From NCBI GenBank assembly GCA_964422425.1, contig CAYRBM010000001.1, forward strand, positions 22,701 through 86,700: 64,000 nt of DNA, in the 5' to 3' direction. The notes under the pieces are model-generated. The model was given only the letters and a program-made list of their open reading frames with translations, searched no databases and was not told the DNA's origin. The position numbers were made by a program, and so were the translations under genes. The DNA comes from an uncultured Odoribacter sp. GTDB taxonomy: Bacteria; Bacteroidota; Bacteroidia; Bacteroidales; Prolixibacteraceae. Below, piece after piece: positions 28,767-38,429 of the stretch (within the stretch, counting starts at the first letter, position 1; each line of letters starts with the position of its first letter).

Positions 28767-30143
28767 TTATTTCAGCAGTTTTGGTTTAGCAAATTCTGAA
28801 GTCATTTCATAAGGCAATTGTCCTACTTTGTCGCCTTTTCGGTTGCAGAAATAAAGCTTCGATTCCGAAAACTGATCGGCATTTCCATCGGCCCAAAAAG
28901 CATAAAAATCGGGATGAACCTGGAGCGGGCGACGGGCATACGAGTGGTTTTGCACGCTGTTTTGGGTAACATTTCTGATCTTCTTCCAGCTCAGGCCTTC
29001 GTCCGAACTTTCCCAAAGGGCCATTTCTCCGCCGGTTCCGTATTTCTGCGGGCCAGCCTCGGTTGGGCCAATAATCCGCCATACTTTGCCTTCTACATAC
29101 AACGAACCCATGTCGTAGTTGTGTGTCGAGTTGCAAACTTTGTGAAAATTCCATTGCCTGTTTTTCCAGTGAACAATCGTCCATTCACGCGGATCGCCCT
29201 GTGGCCCGGGGCGGAAATCGTTGCTGATGACTGCCAGGACAATCGGGTTTCCGGCTTCATCAAAATTGACATCGTTGATGTACACCAGCTTCTTTTCGGC
29301 TTCGTAATCGCGCACCAATGCGGCACAGTGCGTGTCAGTGAAGGGTGTTTGCAGCACTTTACCATCCGCGGTTTTCCAGGTTTTGCCGTTGTCGTCGGTC
29401 ATTACCACGTAAAGATTGGTGCGTTTGTCCACATTTCCTCCGGGATGATAATTGAATGCCGAAACGAGTTTTCCATTTCGGACGTTGGTGGTTTGATAGT
29501 GGCCACCCATTCCAGCCAACTTTTGGTCGGGAGCCCAGGTTTTGCCATCAGCGCTGGTTGACCAATACAATTCGCGGCCTTTGGTGTATTTAGTGAATAG
29601 GTACAGAAACCCATTTTGGCCCGTCCACCAAGGCTGCGGATAGGTCATTTCACCTTCGCGGATTTGCTCAAACGACTCGATGGAGTAGGGAACCGTGCTT
29701 TTGAAAATAATTCCCGGGCGTCGAGTATTTCGGCCGCTCACAAAAACCCAAAGGTAACCTTCGGTGTCGATCGAAATGGACGCATTGTCGTGCGGATCGT
29801 CAACTCCGGCTTTGTCGTAAACAATCACCGGCTTAGGCACAACTCCTTTTTTGTGGTCGAAATACGATACTATAATCAGCAAATGTTTTTCATTTTTGGC
29901 CGTAGTTCCTCCGTAGGTAAAAAAGGTTTTTTTCACCTCCGGAGCATAAATGGCCATGGGCACGTGGTTGGCGGTGTAAGTTCCCAATCCTCCGGAATAT
30001 TTGTCGCCGTATTGCGACGGCTGCCCCAGGGCAAACCAGATTCCTTTGTAGCCATTTGCTTTTGGGTTTTGGGCAGTTGTATATCCTGAAAAAATGAATG
30101 CCACTAGGGCGAGGCTTAGAAATAAGATATTTTTAAAATTCAT
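28767..30143 (-). CDS. BNR-4 repeat beta-propeller protein (putative CAZyme)
   Basis: Signal peptide; DPHDNASISIDTEGYLWVF, TYPQ; Asp-boxes SADGKTW, TDDNGKTW, SSDEGLSW. Confidence 0.75.
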   Translation of the reverse strand: MNFKNILFLSLALVAFIFSGYTTAQNPKANGYKGIWFALGQPSQYGDKYSGGLGTYTANHVPMAIYAPEVKKTFFTYGGTTAKNEKHLLIIVSYFDHKKGVVPKPVIVYDKAGVDDPHDNASISIDTEGYLWVFVSGRNTRRPGIIFKSTVPYSIESFEQIREGEMTYPQPWWTGQNGFLYLFTKYTKGRELYWSTSADGKTWAPDQKLAGMGGHYQTTNVRNGKLVSAFNYHPGGNVDKRTNLYVVMTDDNGKTWKTADGKVLQTPFTDTHCAALVRDYEAEKKLVYINDVNFDEAGNPIVLAVISNDFRPGPQGDPREWTIVHWKNRQWNFHKVCNSTHNYDMGSLYVEGKVWRIIGPTEAGPQKYGTGGEMALWESSDEGLSWKKIRNVTQNSVQNHSYARRPLQVHPDFYAFWADGNADQFSESKLYFCNRKGDKVGQLPYEMTSEFAKPKLLK

Positions 30144-30172
30144 GGTTGTTTGGTAGGTTTAATTATTTGAAT

Positions 30173-30198
30173 GCTCCCTTCGACAGGCTCCGGGAGCG
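30173..30198. repeat. REP-like hairpin (ctcccttcgacaggctccgggag)
   Basis: GC stem enclosing TTCGACAGGCTC, a dispersed palindrome type I recall from Bacteroidota intergenic regions. Confidence 0.5.
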
Positions 30199-30222
30199 GC
30201 TCTTCTGACTTCTATCTTCCAC

Positions 30223-31479
30223 CTATTTTAGCACCCTGTCCGCCTGATCCATGTAGAAATTCCAGTCCTTCAGTGTCAGGTTGTGAACTCCGTCGCGCAC
30301 ATGATAGGCCACCTGGTTGTTCCGGACGGGAACGTTCATCGGCGGCATGGCTTCAGGAAGAATTGTTTTTTTGTTGTACAGCCGGTAAACCGGAAGCGAA
30401 TGGTACAGCGCGAGGTACTGGCCTTTAGGGTCGGCCCATAAATCTTCGGAAGCTGCTGCCACATATAAGGCGCGCGGGGCAATTAAAGCCATCAGTTGGT
30501 GCATGTCAACCGGCATTTCGTTTTCGCGGTTGCTGTAAGTTTTGTAATTGGTACAGAACCAGTGCGGAAACGATTTGTTGATGCGATCGATGGTTTCGCC
30601 GTACTTCCGGCGAGCCAAAGAAGTGCCTCCGCAACCGGCTTCGTTGCTGCAAATCATGGCAAACCTTTGATCGACAGCCCCGGCCCACAACGCTGTTTTT
30701 CCACCGCGCGAGTGACCAATGACTGCTACTTTATCGGCAGCAATAGCTTTGTCGGTGACCAGGTAATCGAGGCAGCGGCTGGCACCCCAGGCCCAGGCAG
30801 CCAGCGTTCCCCACGATTCGTTGTTTCGGTCGGCATCGAGCAATGCATGAATTCCATCCTGAAAATTGTCGTGTTTATCGGGATCCACATCGCCGTTATA
30901 AAAAGCGGCCACTGCATAACCGCGGGCAATCACTTCTTCTGCGGGCCAGAATTCGCTTTTCTTTTCGCGGGTGAAATCAATATTTTCAGCAGGCGGGCGG
31001 TTGCATATCAGCAAAAAAGCCGGAACCGGTTGTTTGGCTTTATTGGGTGTGAAAAGACCGAGATGAATGGTGAGCGTTTTATTATTGGCCGAGATGTTGA
31101 TATCAACCAATTTCAATGTGGCTGCGCCGTTCATCGCGTTGGGATCTTCCTTGATGAGCTTGAATTCGGTTTTGTATGGTGTGTCCGGAACTCGTCCGTA
31201 AACCTGCGTGGTGAACAATTCCAGCAATTCGGGGCGCCGCAGCTTTTCCCATTGTTTGGCCGAAGTTATCTTTTTGCCGTTCGCCGTTGTTAAAACATCA
31301 GGAAGCGTGTAGGCCGGAACTTTTTCTTCGTAGTAATTAAATTCGGTTTGATTTTTTGATAATCGCTCAACTGTTGCTTTTGGGGCTGTCCAGCTTTCGT
31401 TGGTTTGCGACAGTAGCGCCGAAGCAAACATGAACTGAACCGAAACGATGAAAAGTGATTTCTTTAGGAATGTGTTCAT
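30223..31479 (-). CDS. CE15 glucuronoyl-esterase-like alpha/beta hydrolase
   Basis: WAWGASR, GHSRGGK nucleophile motif, PHWFC, DLWADP, C-terminal His (GVHNL). Confidence 0.85.
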   Translation of the reverse strand: MNTFLKKSLFIVSVQFMFASALLSQTNESWTAPKATVERLSKNQTEFNYYEEKVPAYTLPDVLTTANGKKITSAKQWEKLRRPELLELFTTQVYGRVPDTPYKTEFKLIKEDPNAMNGAATLKLVDINISANNKTLTIHLGLFTPNKAKQPVPAFLLICNRPPAENIDFTREKKSEFWPAEEVIARGYAVAAFYNGDVDPDKHDNFQDGIHALLDADRNNESWGTLAAWAWGASRCLDYLVTDKAIAADKVAVIGHSRGGKTALWAGAVDQRFAMICSNEAGCGGTSLARRKYGETIDRINKSFPHWFCTNYKTYSNRENEMPVDMHQLMALIAPRALYVAAASEDLWADPKGQYLALYHSLPVYRLYNKKTILPEAMPPMNVPVRNNQVAYHVRDGVHNLTLKDWNFYMDQADRVLK

Positions 31480-31620
31480 ACAATTGATTGTTGGTTTTCT
31501 TGTTTAGCGAAATTTTAAAAGCCAAAATACATGATAATCTGAAGTGCCGGTTCTGTTTATCCTGATAATCTAAAGTAGGAATTTTGTGTAATCTCTGTAA
31601 TGTTCAAAATGTCAGTGCTT

Positions 31621-31655
31621 TATTGAGGGTGTGACTTCAAGTCACGCCCTCAATA
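31621..31655. repeat. REP-like hairpin, family GGGTGYGACTTYAAGTCRCGCCC, copy 1
   Basis: tattgagggtgtgacttcaagtcacgccctcaata; related to 48314..48346. Confidence 0.65.
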
Positions 31656-31665
31656 TTTGGAGGCC

Positions 31666-34371
31666 TTATTCCAACACGATTTCACCATTCTCAACTGCCG
31701 GAACGGTCACCAAAATTCCCTTCGCTGATTTTGAAACCGGAAGCTCTTTGCGAATGGAACCTTGCTTCATCCAGACTTTTTTTGCAGTCAGAGGTAATCC
31801 AACTTCAGTTTCCTGATTGCATGAAATAATCAGGTTTTTACCCGTAATCGCCAAATTCGCAGAACCATCGGGAGTTTTTGATTTCAGTGAATAACCCGAC
31901 TGCGAAATTTCGGTTCCCTTACCAAGATAAATGGAAGTTAGCTTTTCGCGTTCAAAACCTGCAATTCCGTAATATCCGCTAAAATTTCCTGTTCCTGAAG
32001 TGAATTTTTGATTCGGATCCACTGACTGGAAAATCTGTTGTTTCAGGCCACCTTTGCAAAACACGGTTAAGGCGGTAAAAACATCGCCATCAGCTCGCTT
32101 TTCAACCGAAATTCGCTCAACCGAATTCCCGTTTTCTCCCCGATACGGCTCAAAAACCACCACAAAAGGTCGGCTTTTTGCTTCGGCCCCGGTGCGAATG
32201 GTAAATAACGGCAGTGGCTTTCCATTGTATTGTTTTCCGGCAGTTTTGGTCTTTGGCGACATGGCCTGGAAATAATCGCGGTCGCCAGTTCCGGAAATCA
32301 GCGCCTGCATAAAAAGCTTGTTCTGGTTTTCGTCCTGAATGTCGAAGCGGGCAATCAGGTTCCCGGCATATTTCTCCAGTTTTTTGACTTCAGTATAAAA
32401 ACGGAATCCGGGATAATCCTTTTCGGTAACCGGATAGTTGGCTTCAACCGTCTTCAGCGGTTCGCGTTTTTCATTCAGGAACGATACCGCATCGCCAATG
32501 TTGTGGTAGACGTAATCGTTGCTGATGGTATTGTCCGACCGGTAAATATCCACGTAATAGCCCGTCTTTTCAGATGTTCGTACAATACCCAACGTGCGCG
32601 ACTGGTTGGTTTTGGTCGATTTGTCGAAATACCGGGTATCGGTAAACGAAAAGCTGGGAGAAACTGCCGATTCATCGGGCATGGGTTCCATAGCAGCCAG
32701 ATCGATTTGCCCGACATTTTTGGTTCCGGCCGAACCGCTGAATGGCACCGCACTCGACATTCCGGCGGCGACCACCGTGTTGTGTGCCGCCCATTGACTG
32801 TAATAATTTTGGTGCAGCGGATGTTCGTAGTTAGGCCCGGTTCCGGCGTCGATACCCCAAACTTCGCCAATTCCGTACAATTCCATCGCCATTCCGTTGC
32901 AATGGTTGTGGTTATAGGTTGCTTCCTGAACGCCCACCATCAGTCCGGTTTTCGGATCGGTTCCGTTGCGCTGCAGAAAATAGCGGGCAAACTCCAGTGT
33001 TCCGGTCCGTGGCCATTGGTAGGCAGTTTTTGCCTCCGGAATTTCAGGAAGGAAACACAACAAACCCAGGAAACCGGATTTTTCCCTTTTGTAAATTCCG
33101 CCATCCGTCAGTTGTTTCATCGAAGCAAGCATTTCGGGCAATTCAGGCTGATTGTATTTCACAGCCCCAAGCAATCCGATTTCGAGCGATTCGGCGCTTT
33201 GCGAGGCCCTGCCAGTATCGCCAAACGCACCGACTGTCAGGTTCGGAAACGAATATTTGAGCATGGCGTACGAAGCCCGAAACATTGCCGGAAATTTCCG
33301 GAAGATATCGTACCCGTTCTTTTCGAGGGCCATGGCAGAAACAAGCAGGTTCCCAACCGGATAGTTGTGATAGCCTCCCGGTTCTTTCCAGTGGCCATCG
33401 TGCGTCAGCCATTTTTCAACGGTCGATGGAAATGCCAGTTGCCCGCATCCTCCGTTGATGGTGTCTTTTTCGAGAATAAACTGAAGGTAATAATCGCGTT
33501 TCTGCTTGTTTTCGAGACTCAACGCGGCAAAGGTGAGGGTCGAACTTTCGGCGGCATACCAGTTGTTGTTCCAGAAACCGCGAAAAGCCAGCGTCGATGC
33601 AAATTTTTCGAAGACCGGTTCGTACCAATGCAAGTCATAATTTTGTTGCCGCATGTAGGGTTTCAGGAAATCGTAGGCCAGGATAAGTGCCCGGAAGCTT
33701 TGGTCGCCAAGTGTCTGCATATCGAGGAATCCGGTTCGGCACGGACCAATGATGGGTTCCTGATAAAAGGCCCCTTTCGCCCACTGGTCGAGAATATCGG
33801 CAGCAAATCGGGCATATTTGGCTTCGCCGGTCAGCCAGTATACAATCGCGGCATCGAGCGCCAAATCGTTTATTTCGCCGTTAATACTGGTGATGTAGGC
33901 TTGCGGATCGGTCCATTCTTTTTGATTGGTTTCCGGATTAAAAAGGTTCATCAGCCTGGCGGTATCGTTCGGAACAAGTTCTTCGATGGTCGGTTTTCGG
34001 TACGACGTTCCTTTTTCGGTGATCGGAGTTCGGAGGTAGGTATTTACCCGAACTGTTGGCACAGGGGCGTTGCCTTCCCATTTGACGAGTCGCTGGCCAC
34101 CTTTGTCGGAATAAACTTTGGTGTAGCGTTTCCCCGGAACACGGTTCATCAGGTAACGGCTCAAAATCCATTGTGGATCGGTTTGATGGCGATCGGCATA
34201 CGGAGTCACCGATTTTTGCATTTCAGAATAAATGGTCTTTGCCCAGGCTTGCTGTTTAATTTTGGCAAGTACCTCCTGTTTGTCGTCATTGCTAACTAAA
34301 ATGTGCGGATTTTGTGCCAAAAGCTGGCCGGCACAAAGAAGCCAGCAAATAAGCAGATAATGTTTTTTCAT
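31666..34371 (-). CDS. Large heparinase II/III-like polysaccharide lyase (family uncertain)
   Basis: Signal peptide; NNNW, WKEPGGYHNY, AFGD, NHNH, AAHNTVV motifs; start at MKKHY (ATG 34371). Confidence 0.65.
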   Translation of the reverse strand: MKKHYLLICWLLCAGQLLAQNPHILVSNDDKQEVLAKIKQQAWAKTIYSEMQKSVTPYADRHQTDPQWILSRYLMNRVPGKRYTKVYSDKGGQRLVKWEGNAPVPTVRVNTYLRTPITEKGTSYRKPTIEELVPNDTARLMNLFNPETNQKEWTDPQAYITSINGEINDLALDAAIVYWLTGEAKYARFAADILDQWAKGAFYQEPIIGPCRTGFLDMQTLGDQSFRALILAYDFLKPYMRQQNYDLHWYEPVFEKFASTLAFRGFWNNNWYAAESSTLTFAALSLENKQKRDYYLQFILEKDTINGGCGQLAFPSTVEKWLTHDGHWKEPGGYHNYPVGNLLVSAMALEKNGYDIFRKFPAMFRASYAMLKYSFPNLTVGAFGDTGRASQSAESLEIGLLGAVKYNQPELPEMLASMKQLTDGGIYKREKSGFLGLLCFLPEIPEAKTAYQWPRTGTLEFARYFLQRNGTDPKTGLMVGVQEATYNHNHCNGMAMELYGIGEVWGIDAGTGPNYEHPLHQNYYSQWAAHNTVVAAGMSSAVPFSGSAGTKNVGQIDLAAMEPMPDESAVSPSFSFTDTRYFDKSTKTNQSRTLGIVRTSEKTGYYVDIYRSDNTISNDYVYHNIGDAVSFLNEKREPLKTVEANYPVTEKDYPGFRFYTEVKKLEKYAGNLIARFDIQDENQNKLFMQALISGTGDRDYFQAMSPKTKTAGKQYNGKPLPLFTIRTGAEAKSRPFVVVFEPYRGENGNSVERISVEKRADGDVFTALTVFCKGGLKQQIFQSVDPNQKFTSGTGNFSGYYGIAGFEREKLTSIYLGKGTEISQSGYSLKSKTPDGSANLAITGKNLIISCNQETEVGLPLTAKKVWMKQGSIRKELPVSKSAKGILVTVPAVENGEIVLE

Positions 34372-34393
34372 GATTGTTGGTTTAGGTATGGTG

Positions 34394-35830
34394 TTATCTT
34401 TTTCCTGATGGAAGCTGTATTTGCTCCCTTTCAGCAACATGTTTAGCAATTCGTTGGTGAAGCGCTTCCACCAATTCTTTGTTTTCAGGCTTTTCTGAAA
34501 CGTTTACATTTTCGGCAGCATCTTTGGTATGATCAAACAACATGCGCGCGTGTGCCGGTTGACCCGATTGGTTGTACCATTCGGTGTACGCATGTGTTTT
34601 GGTGACGATCGTTTCGCCTTTGATCCAGCGGCAAAAAACCGCATCTTTCCATGCCGGATTTTCACCATCCAGAAGCGGGGTCAGGCAATTCCCCTGAAGA
34701 TGAAATGGCTTCGGCAATCCTGTCAAATCGCAAAGCGTTGGATAAACATCCACGTATTCAACCAACTGATCGGCCACAACGCCCGGCTTGTGCCCGGGGG
34801 CACGCACAATTAACGGCGTATGCAACGCATTCCTGAAGTTGCAGTGTTTACACCACAAGTCATGTTCGCCCAGGTTCCAGCCATGATCGCCCCAAAGCAC
34901 AACGATCGTATTTTCGGCCAGCCCTGATTCTTCGAGCGCCTTCAGTACTTTCCCGATTTGAGCATCGGTGTAACTCACACAGGCGTAATAACCATGAATG
35001 AGTTTCAGCGCCATTTCTTCGGAAACCGGACCAGTTGGCGGAATGTCGGAATAAGCGCGTAACTCGCCAAACGTGTGCATGGCGGCATCGGGTGCATCTT
35101 TGGGCCGGTACATGTTGTCGGGAAGTTTGATCGACGATTCGGGATACAAATCCCAGTATTTGGTTGGAGCGTTAAACGGCAGATGCGGTTTCAGGAAGCC
35201 CACCGCCATAAAAAACGGCTGACCGGATTTCTTCGCGGCCTGAAGTTCGGAGATGGCTTTCGCGGCAATTTTTCCGTCGAAATAAGCATCGTCGGACACA
35301 TCGGCTTTTTCGTAAGGCAAGCCACGCGAACGGTTTCCTTTATTCTTCTCTATATTTTCCTGAAGCTGATAATCCTGCCACATGCCGTTTTTCGGATTTT
35401 CGGGCCGCCAATTGGTATCCCAGCTTCCTTTACTATCATCCTGATGGTGAAATATTTTCCCCAGCGAAACCGTGTGATAGCCGTTGTTTCGGAAGTGCAT
35501 GGGCAAACTCACCACGCCGGGAACATCCTTGTCGAGGTAGCAATCGAAATTGACAAAGCGACTGGCATTGGGCCGTAATCCCGACAGGATGCTGGCCCGT
35601 GTTGCACCGCAAACCGGAATATTGCAATACGCCTGGGTAAACCGCACTCCGGAAGCTGCAAGCCGGTCGATATTCGGCGACTTGATGATGGGATGACCAT
35701 AACAGCCTAACTCGGGCCGAAGATCGTCAACCGCAATAAACAGCACATTTTTTTGCTGCGCCTGAATTCCTCCGGAAAGCAGCAGGGCCGCGAGGCCCGA
35801 AAAAGCGAAGAAGGTATTTTTGGAAAGCAT
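34394..35830 (-). CDS. S1 sulfatase, iduronate-2-sulfatase-like (Cys-type)
   Basis: NVLFIAVDDLRP, CGATRASILSG, GKIFH, GFLKPHLPF, GDHGWNLGEH. Confidence 0.88.
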   Translation of the reverse strand: MLSKNTFFAFSGLAALLLSGGIQAQQKNVLFIAVDDLRPELGCYGHPIIKSPNIDRLAASGVRFTQAYCNIPVCGATRASILSGLRPNASRFVNFDCYLDKDVPGVVSLPMHFRNNGYHTVSLGKIFHHQDDSKGSWDTNWRPENPKNGMWQDYQLQENIEKNKGNRSRGLPYEKADVSDDAYFDGKIAAKAISELQAAKKSGQPFFMAVGFLKPHLPFNAPTKYWDLYPESSIKLPDNMYRPKDAPDAAMHTFGELRAYSDIPPTGPVSEEMALKLIHGYYACVSYTDAQIGKVLKALEESGLAENTIVVLWGDHGWNLGEHDLWCKHCNFRNALHTPLIVRAPGHKPGVVADQLVEYVDVYPTLCDLTGLPKPFHLQGNCLTPLLDGENPAWKDAVFCRWIKGETIVTKTHAYTEWYNQSGQPAHARMLFDHTKDAAENVNVSEKPENKELVEALHQRIAKHVAEREQIQLPSGKR

Positions 35831-35862
35831 AATCGGTTTCGTTTATGGGTGTTCATATTTTT

Positions 35863-35904
35863 CAGCAGCTAGCAGCTAGCGGCTGGTTGCCAGCAGCTAT
35901 TAGC
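35863..35904. repeat. Degenerate heptamer tandem repeat (tagcagc-like x6)
   Basis: cagcagc tagcagc tagcggc tggttgc cagcagc tattagc. Confidence 0.6.
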
Positions 35905-35915
35905 AAGCCGCCAGT

Positions 35916-38408
35916 TCATTTCACCAGCCAAATTACTGGGTGCCTGACCGGAACATTCCGGATAACTTCGGGATGGGTTGGATTGGCGGGCAATCGTAAA
36001 AACGTAGCGATATATTCCTCGTTTTGATACGCCAAACCGGCAAATAACAGCGACGATTGACGTACCGGCCATTCCTCCCAAATGTAAATGTCTTTGGCAA
36101 ACGGCCATTTCGATTTGTCGGCGATGAATGGGAAAATATACTCCATTCCCTTTTTCAGGTTTTTGCCGTCGGGCGTTGAAAATTCCCAAAGATTGTCGTC
36201 AGGAGTAGAGAGAATCTCGGCAAGATTGCACATGGCATCGATGTTGAACAGCGAATACCCGTAGGGTTTGGTACGTTTCAGTTCGAGCGGGAAGCTTCCG
36301 TCGTCGGCCATTTGTGCAGGCAGGAATACTGTTTTGAAACGATCGGCACACATTTTCAGTATTTCCTTGTTCCCGGTCAAATCAGCCATTGCCGCCGCTG
36401 TTACTGCCCAGCAGGTTCCGTGGTTGTTTTTGGCATTCATCTCATCGATGCCGTATTGATGGGTCGTCATCCAGTTCAGGAATTCGGCAAACCACGCTTT
36501 CACCGGTGCAACCTGTTCGGCAGTGAGGCCGCCGTGCTTTTCGAGCATTTTAACCGATCTAACCACTTCCACGAAATGATAGGCATCGATCAGCCCGATT
36601 CCGCGACCAGTAAACCTGCCCCAAATGGCCTGTGCATAAAGCATATTCGGATTCATGCGCGTTTCTGAATTCACAAACCAGGCATTCAGGTGCTTCAAAA
36701 CCTGATCAGTATATTTAGGTTTGCCGGTCAACAGCCAGGCCGAAGTAAGTGTGGCCGAAATCTCGCTCAACCGAATCATGGCCAGCCGGTGGGCAACAAA
36801 ATTCTCCGGATTGGTTTGGCCGTCTTTCTGAATGTACGGGCCGGAAGGATTAGCCGGATCGGGCCACCAGTAGTCGCCTTCGGAGTAAAAATCGTTTTTG
36901 CCGCCTGCACTGCGTTTGCACGTCGAGGCCGTCACGGTAACCGGCTCTTCCTTCATCATTTGCTCGGCTTGTGCAACAGTGGCTTTCCGCACATTTTCAA
37001 CCACTTGAAGAGCCAATCCAATATTTTTCCGCAGGTAACCGGGACCAGTATTTTGTGCTGTTGCGTAAGGCTTTACTTCTCTGGCTTTGCCCGATGGTTC
37101 AAAACATCCGGCCGATTTGTTTTTTCCGGAGCGTTTGTTTCCTGAAATGTCGAGGCCAATTTGCGGATCGTCGTTCAACTCCGGAATGTCCAGCACAGCA
37201 ACGGGTGTAAAAGCTTTCTTTTCTGAAATTCGTTTCGCTGGTTGAATCAGTCCGGCAGAATTAACATGAACGGGACTGTTTGCAGCATAAAATCCGGAAA
37301 GATTGGGATTTTGTGATTCCTGAAAGGCATTTCCGAAGAAAGTCTCTTTTCCGGTCAGATCATCCAAAACCGGAGCTGCAGATTTGTAGAAAAAGTTGTG
37401 GACTATTTTTACATCGGCGGGCGGGAAATCGCCTTTGCCGCCCAACCTCATCGATCCCGAGTTGGCAAACGTGTTGTGGGCAATCACGATGTTTTTCAAC
37501 GGATCAACTTTGTAGTTCTCCAGCCTGATCGTCCAGTAATTTCCGGTTTCGAAGTAATTGTTGTAAACCATCTGATTCTGGCCTTCCTTGATGCGCAGTC
37601 CGGCACCTTTCAGGAAAAAGTTGCCATAAACCACGTTGTCGCTTCCGTGCCGAAGGGTAAAGTGCGATTCGCCGTTGTCGTCGAAGGTGTTGTAGCGATA
37701 AACATTCTCGCGTGCTTTCGACGAAATTACCTCGCCATCGCCGTTACAACGATAGAAATAGCAATACTCCACGATGCTGCGGCTGATGAATTTGGCCTGA
37801 TAGCTGTACCCGATGCGCAGTGCTTCAATACCGTAATCGCCACCGGCGTTTGGTGGTGCCGTGTGATTTTTGAACGAGCAATGCGAAACTACATTGTAGC
37901 CGGGTTCTTTTTCGTCCACCTGAATTTGCAGTACAGAAGTCTGCTTGTCTTCGGGTTTCTTCTCGAAATTGCAGTACCGAACGACATTCCGGCGGCCTGT
38001 TGTAGTGATATTCAGGTAATAATTGGAGTGATAGCCCGAAAAATTGAGCTGCTCAACCCGGTTATTACTTCCTGAAATTTTACAGACATCGCCATCGGCT
38101 TTGCCACCAATGAACTGAAATCCGCTGAATGTAGTTCCGCTGGCTTTGATTTCCACTTTGCTGCTTCCGGAGAAAATGACCGCCCCGGATCGCTCGGCTT
38201 TGACATGGATTCCGTCTTTACCGATTGCCCAAACAACGTCGTGAAACGTTCCGGCTGCCCATAAAATGGTATCTCCGGCAATGGCTTTTGCCTCGGCCGA
38301 CTGGTATTCTGCCAGCGACTTGATGGTATAAACCGAAGTTTTACCCATCACCGCCAGCGAAATCAGGTTTAAAACGACCATGCAAAAAATGGGTATTAAT
38401 CTTTTCAT
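35916..38408 (-). CDS. Bimodular lyase: N-terminal PL6/chondroitinase-B-like beta-helix plus C-terminal alginate-lyase-fold (PL38-like) domain
   Basis: EALRIG, EVISSK, TLRHG (PL6), then DFYSEGDYWWP, DGQTNP, NNHGT, ELKRTKPYGYSLFN; start MKRLI (ATG 38408). Confidence 0.8.
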   Translation of the reverse strand: MKRLIPIFCMVVLNLISLAVMGKTSVYTIKSLAEYQSAEAKAIAGDTILWAAGTFHDVVWAIGKDGIHVKAERSGAVIFSGSSKVEIKASGTTFSGFQFIGGKADGDVCKISGSNNRVEQLNFSGYHSNYYLNITTTGRRNVVRYCNFEKKPEDKQTSVLQIQVDEKEPGYNVVSHCSFKNHTAPPNAGGDYGIEALRIGYSYQAKFISRSIVEYCYFYRCNGDGEVISSKARENVYRYNTFDDNGESHFTLRHGSDNVVYGNFFLKGAGLRIKEGQNQMVYNNYFETGNYWTIRLENYKVDPLKNIVIAHNTFANSGSMRLGGKGDFPPADVKIVHNFFYKSAAPVLDDLTGKETFFGNAFQESQNPNLSGFYAANSPVHVNSAGLIQPAKRISEKKAFTPVAVLDIPELNDDPQIGLDISGNKRSGKNKSAGCFEPSGKAREVKPYATAQNTGPGYLRKNIGLALQVVENVRKATVAQAEQMMKEEPVTVTASTCKRSAGGKNDFYSEGDYWWPDPANPSGPYIQKDGQTNPENFVAHRLAMIRLSEISATLTSAWLLTGKPKYTDQVLKHLNAWFVNSETRMNPNMLYAQAIWGRFTGRGIGLIDAYHFVEVVRSVKMLEKHGGLTAEQVAPVKAWFAEFLNWMTTHQYGIDEMNAKNNHGTCWAVTAAAMADLTGNKEILKMCADRFKTVFLPAQMADDGSFPLELKRTKPYGYSLFNIDAMCNLAEILSTPDDNLWEFSTPDGKNLKKGMEYIFPFIADKSKWPFAKDIYIWEEWPVRQSSLLFAGLAYQNEEYIATFLRLPANPTHPEVIRNVPVRHPVIWLVK

Positions 38409-38429
38409 AGTATAAGTTTTAACTTCCAT

